A stretch of 54,179 bases of DNA, counting the filler, from Hydrolagus affinis (Eukaryota), in assembly GCA_012026655.1 (NCBI GenBank). It is 3 parts of 3 records of this genome, joined end to end, with 100 filler letters (N's around TTAATTAATTAA, not from the genome) between each part and the next. Parts side by side here need not be neighbours in the genome. Positions count along the whole stretch, not along the records: positions 42,256 to 54,179 come from JAAILG010022731.1; 2 more parts are not named here. The stretch is one strand, 5' to 3'. Shown in pieces: positions 49,121 through 54,179 of this stretch. The stretch's first letter is position 1. Each line of letters begins with the position of its first letter. The notes under the pieces were generated by a model. That model was given only the letters and a program-made list of their open reading frames with translations. It searched no databases and had not been told where the DNA came from. The position numbers were made by a program, and so were the translations under genes.

Positions 49121-49659
49121 CTACAGTAGATATAATTCCTTCAAAATATGTTTATTATTATTCGTGAATTACTAACTGAATTCAAAGAAACACTGACGTT
49201 TGTAGTCAATGTTGCGTGTATTTATGCAACTTTTACATATATTGTTGAGATATAAAGGTGGGTCGGATATATTGGTATTACAATAAATATAAGATAATAT
49301 CAAGTTTCAATTTTGTATTGAAGACTGAAGATGAGCGCGTTTGATGAAGAAATAAGTCGTTATTATATTGATATTTCCATCTGATCAATTGCCTTACATT
49401 AATATGTCTCAAAGACTATACTATAAAGTGAATTGACTGTGTATTTTGTGGGAGTGATTACTCAGATTCAAATGTACACGTTTAAGCCGTGAATCTGATA
49501 GGAGCAGTCCCACACGCCCACAGCAGCTGGAGGGCCGAGATAGTGACGCACATATAAGAGACAACATCACAAAGGATTCTCAGCTACATCTATGGCCTCA
49601 GTATCAGACGGTGTCAAGAGCAGCAGAGACATAAACGCTGTTTGTGGTGTCTGAATGTA

Positions 49660-50797
49660 ATGCAGTTGGGATATTAGCTCTACGCATCCATCGCATTCTC
49701 TCTATATGGTTAGTTAATCTAGATATCATTACCGACAGCCAATCCAGTCAATGCTAGTACCACGGGTCACCTCTAAACAGAGTCTCCTTTAACACCGTTT
49801 ACTGTAACTTTGCTGTGCACAATTGGCTGTCAAGCTTCACGCACAAATATGCAGTCAACTCACTTTACAGTATATTCTGTGAAGCGCTTAGTGACGTCTA
49901 GAAGTCATGGAATGCGCTATACCAAAATCAATAATGATTATTATGATTTCTCCATTTGTAGGACGATGCAATTTAATTTTCCAATGACGGACAAATTCTT
50001 ACAGACTTGTGGCCTCTTGTGTTATCTCGCGGCACAAAACATTCCCGTGGGTGGAGATATTCTCAAAGCGTCTCAAAGTGTTACATTGAAAATAGTAATA
50101 ATCCTTTCATTTGATAGTGAGGTTTTCACAAATTATCGACGTCTCAAGGAGCTTCACAGAATGCACTGTACAGTAAATTCACTTAAGATTGTGGGCGAAA
50201 CGCGGCAGCCGTTTGCGCACAGCAGCGTCCCCACAAACAGTCGTTTATTGAAAATGACCAATTTATATTTGTGTCTAATTTTAAAGGAATTTTTATTAGG
50301 CGCGTGTGTGCAGTAAGGAAACTTGCCAAGATTTCGCCCTGAGCTGCCTGTACTTGAACACAGGTCTCCCGCTTGTAAGGCTTGTGCTCTAACCACTGTG
50401 CCACGGGAGCTCCATATCCTCTAAATCGCATGAACGCCGCATACAATAGCGTTGTTTGTTTTTACTTAGTATTAATCGGTTCAACGCTGAATAATACAAT
50501 TGTTTCCTGTAGGAATCCGTGATGGAGATTCGGTGAGGCAGAGCCCGAAAGCGGCCTGGCGTTTGGAAGTCGCCTCACTGACTATCATCTGTAATGTCTC
50601 CACGACTACTCAGTGCTGCTGTACCGCCAGCGCCGCAGTGAAGGGCCCGCTTTCATCATCCTAAGGCATTCCTACGGGAAGTATATCAGTCAGGAACGCT
50701 TCTCTGCCCTGATGGATTCCTCTAAGAAACATTTCCAGTTCAAGATCGACAACCTGCAGCTCAGCGACAGTGCTGCCTATGTTTGTGCACTGAGGCC
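49660..50797 (+). pseudogene. V segment 5 pseudogene (leader 49660-49708, V exon 50513-50797)
   Basis: In-frame TAG in the leader at 49675; frameshift near 50602 after the first Cys; conserved Trp reads Leu; YVC instead of YYC. Confidence 0.8.
50125..50412 (-). mobile_element. tRNA-headed SINE in the V5 leader intron
   Basis: Tail, core and head recognisable. Confidence 0.75.
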
Positions 50798-50835
50798 CAC
50801 AGCGAAGCCATCCTCGCGAAACCCGTACAAAAACC
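50798..50835 (+). promoter_or_regulatory. RSS of V5 (22-nt spacer)
   Basis: CACAGCG + 22 nt + ACAAAAACC. Confidence 0.85.
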
Positions 50836-50840
50836 CTTGT

Positions 50841-51030
50841 GGCGTTATGTGCCATATTGGTTGGAGCACTCAACTGGAAAGCGGCAGGAGCTGGGTTCAA
50901 TTCCTATTGAGGGAGAAACTCTCTAAGATGCATAGAAGGCGCAATGTAATAACAAGTGTTTATAGTTAGGCAAGTTTCCTTACTCCATACATCTCTGATT
51001 AACTTGCTGTAAGTGTGAACCCGCTTTACA
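50841..51030 (+). mobile_element. SINE head directly after the V5 nonamer
   Basis: GGCGTTATGTGCCATATTGGTTGGAGCACTC, B-box GGTTCAATTCC at 50894, CAAGTTTCCTTACTCC body at 50970. Confidence 0.7.
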
Positions 51031-52794
51031 TGCGATTATAATTAGCTCCTGTAGCTCAGTAGTTAGAGCACTCGACTTATTCGACCGAAACTACAGCTGA
51101 ACCCATTTCTGGGTGTGCAGGTAGAGCAAACTAAATCAACGCTTTGAAGCAAACCACACTATGAACCACCGTAAATGTTGGTGCATGGAGTGAGAAGAGA
51201 GGTAACATTGATCCAGATTATTTCTCACTTCTCTTCAAGGCAAAACAGCACCTAGAGACATCACTGTGATTAGCGCTGTATCAATGTAATACAATTGTAT
51301 ACCCATGTAAATCTTATGGTTCTGTAATGTAAATTCTTAATGTCAACATTACTTAATGTAACATTACCAATTACAAGATAAGTAACAGGAATCAAATTAA
51401 ATTGGTGGTGTCAAGTATAATGAGAGACACGTCGCAATGAGGTTGGAGTCGAATTTCCCATTGAACCATAGGCAATATGAGAAACGAGCAGCGAGATAAG
51501 AATAAGGTATCAATATCCAAAGGAAGGGATAGGAACAGGAAAGATAGGGTGGGACGAAATCAACTTGCAAGCGTTTGTCTCTGCAGTACACGTGTTATAG
51601 CTATAATCAACCAATAGATGGCGAAGCAAACACACCTATAACACCAGCAGCAACTGACATAACTTCCCACGTTGCTTTCTGTAACAACTAATTTGGCAGC
51701 CACAGCAGGTGCTTCCTGTAACAGTTGACACTGTTTCCCTGCTATACACTATCGCTGGCTCAGCTGAAAAATGCAAAGGTTTGTCTAAAGCCTGATTAAC
51801 GCAAGGCTGCGGTTGACTAATGAACAATGTATCCATATTTATTCTATAATGTTGTACTTCTCACAAAAAAAACGACCTTTCGTGGATCTTATTAGTTTTA
51901 TCAAGGTGTTAGTATTCGATATAAGCAATCAGTTTTTTTTATTGGTTTAATTCGGGAAAACTTTTAATACTGGCCTACGTTAATTCATTTTAGAACACAT
52001 AGTTAAAAGCATATTTCCTGTGATACATTGCCAACAAAAGAACGAATGAGATTGATAATAAAAATAGTAATAATAATAATAATACCAGTAACATTAACTG
52101 CCTTTGCGGTAGCATCTTTCTCTTTGAGAAAGATAGTAAAGCCTTGAAGTTACATAGTAAATGTTTACTGTTTTCGGCTGGGCTGCACAGTTCAAGCATT
52201 CATCACTAACACAATTGAATGCGTTCACAACGATAATAATAATCCACCTATATGATCTAGTCCATTTTGAAACCCTCTAGTCGTCTCAAAATACTTCAAG
52301 GAATATATTGTTGTGCGAGTTATAAAAATTGTTGTGTTTAATGTTGATATTGTGATTTATCACGTTTCCCATAAAAGTACCACAGACGATCTACTGTATA
52401 AACTAATGACTGTATATTTCGCTTGTGAAACGCGGCAATGAATTGCCCAGAACATTTCCTCCAAAGCAGCCGGGGAAGGAAGGAACAAATCATTATTATT
52501 ATTATTTATATTTGAAGAGTTGATTACAGCAGCAACGTGATCCACCAACGGACTAAGCTACACGATGCGACTCATTTTCAGCGATACGTAGTTGCGTGTG
52601 TAGATTAAGAACATTTGCTCAAATTATCGCCCTGTCTGGTAATCAAACCCAAGTCGGCTCACTTGTGAGTTGAGTTCAGTGACGTATATCACTTTGTTTG
52701 TGGGCTAAATCTACATTTCATTCCTTTCCCAGATTCACTAGCTGTCAATCAGCGGTACAATAACTACAAAAATTTTACATATATAAAACTAATA

Positions 52795-53095
52795 ACATAT
52801 GCAATTGCTATAGCGTTTTTCACAATTTCACGACGTCTCAAAGCGTTACACAGTATATACTGCGAAGCGAATTGACTGTGTATTTGTGGGCAAAACGCGG
52901 CAGCCAATTGCACACGGTAGCTTCCCCACAAACAGTCGTGGTTTGAAATGACTAATTTTTATTATTGTGTATTTTTGAACGGAATATTATTAGGCGTGTG
53001 TGTGGAGTAAGGAAACTTGCGCAAGGTTTCGCCCTGATGTGCATGGATTCAGACACAAGTCTGAAGCTTGTAAGCAGAGAACTCTAACCACTGTA
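52795..53095 (-). mobile_element. tRNA-headed SINE upstream of the V6 leader
   Basis: Tail, core and head recognisable. Confidence 0.75.
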
Positions 53096-53301
53096 CAGCA
53101 AAGGTTGCACGTCGGGAAGACGTCTCAAGTTGCGGTGGATCACGTTCAAGATCCACTGGTTAGTGAGCAACGCCTACACATGTAGACGATAATCCACTGC
53201 ACACGTCAGACCCGCCGCTGCTTCACAACATTCAACTGAAGCAGCAAAGCAGCCTTTTATACAGGAAGAGACTATTATCTGTCCACACCTCAGCAGACAG
53301 C

Positions 53302-53347
53302 ATGGCAGCTCACTGCCAGTTATTGATATTAATTCTCACTCTATCCA
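53302..53347 (+). CDS. V segment 6 leader exon (MAAHCQLLILILTLS)
   Basis: 46 nt, phase-1 donor CCA/GTAAGT; paralogous to V1 leader. Confidence 0.75.
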
Positions 53348-53917
53348 GTAAGTATGTTTGGACATGACCAATGCATGATGCGCACATGGGTTTAATGTTG
53401 TCGTTGTTGTTATGTAATTAACGAATCGCTTCCTAATAATAATGTTTAAAAATACTAATTTGATCGATAAATCTACAACAGATTGTGGGACACGGCTACC
53501 CACAATTGAATGCCAAGTTTCCACCAACAGAACATACATTAAATACGCTTCACATCACTGAAGCGATTGGAGACGGCGACAAGACGAGATAATGCAAACA
53601 AACAAACCCAAGAGATGTGTACTTTTAATTTGGAAGCAGCTTTTAATGAATTATTTCACGAGCTGCAGAAAATCAAAGTTAAAAGTTGAATGGAACAACT
53701 TCGCAAGTATAAGCACTTCTAACATTTAGAAACTCAGACAGAAAATCTATCAGCACCAAAACACTATTGATCGTTTAGCGTTCACCAGCAAAGTTACAGT
53801 AATAAAAGCAACACTTGTGTTTCATATTGACATTTTAGACGTGTAAAAGTTCTCCATAATATACATAGTAAAGTGAGTTGACTCATACTTTTAATTAGAA
53901 ATGTATTGCTTTTCCAG

Positions 53918-54179
53918 TGGCCAGTGGGATATACCAAAACCCTCCTGAGATAACAGAACATGAAGGACAAAACGTGACAATAAGAATGAACGTTTCAAGA
54001 ATAGACACTATCTTCTGCTACAGGAAATATCCCGCTGGAGATCTTGAGTATATCCTCAGGATATATGCCTCGGGAAAGGTAGATAAAGCAATTGGAATTG
54101 CTGACCGTTTCACTGCCGAGGTGAACAAGAGGAAGAAACTAATTAACTTGCAGATTCTCAGGGTTGTTGTGAGTGACAG
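53918..54179 (+). CDS. TRAV: V segment 6, V1 family, truncated by window end; first Cys and Trp altered
   Basis: Acceptor TTCCAG; open frame sharing RIYASGKVDKA and DRFTA with V1; absent from the ORF track because no stop lies in the window. Confidence 0.75.

Noticed and set aside
42256-54179. D or J segments, or NAR-TCR/IgH-type V segments in the array
   Set aside because: No 12-RSS-flanked D or FGxG J with upstream RSS seen; all V segments have TCR alpha/delta-like CAL/CAA ends and 22/23-nt spacers

Overview
Vertebrate genomic DNA from a cartilaginous fish (inferred from the tRNA-SINE, L2, CR1, Deu-SINE and Penelope repeat content; possibly elephant shark, not verifiable here). It has three assembly gaps, two of them artificial 100-bp spacers of unknown true size. 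The left 42 kb holds five spliced, non-rearranging Ig-superfamily receptor genes with leader-V(J)-C1-TM architecture, built by hand from GT-AG sites and exon phases. Genes A (minus) and B (plus) are a head-to-head pair with related C1 domains; A has a germline-joined V-J with a canonical FGxG motif. Genes C, D and E (plus) have NKp30/SIRP-like V domains, and C ends in a duplicated ITIM/ITSM exon pair resembling the SIRP-alpha tail. The right 12 kb is the start of a TCR alpha/delta-type V array: six V segments on the plus strand, five with a visible 22/23-bp-spacer RSS. At least two are pseudogenes and the last is cut by the window end. Main observations: (1) non-rearranging VJ-C1 receptors sit directly beside rearranging V segments, but across an unsized gap; (2) A and B could form a heterodimer; (3) gene C has a splice switch in its inhibitory tail; (4) a tRNA-SINE A-box lies 13-15 bp 3' of the RSS nonamer in four V segments from three families. 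No database searches were run, so family names are pattern recognition and repeat boundaries are approximate.
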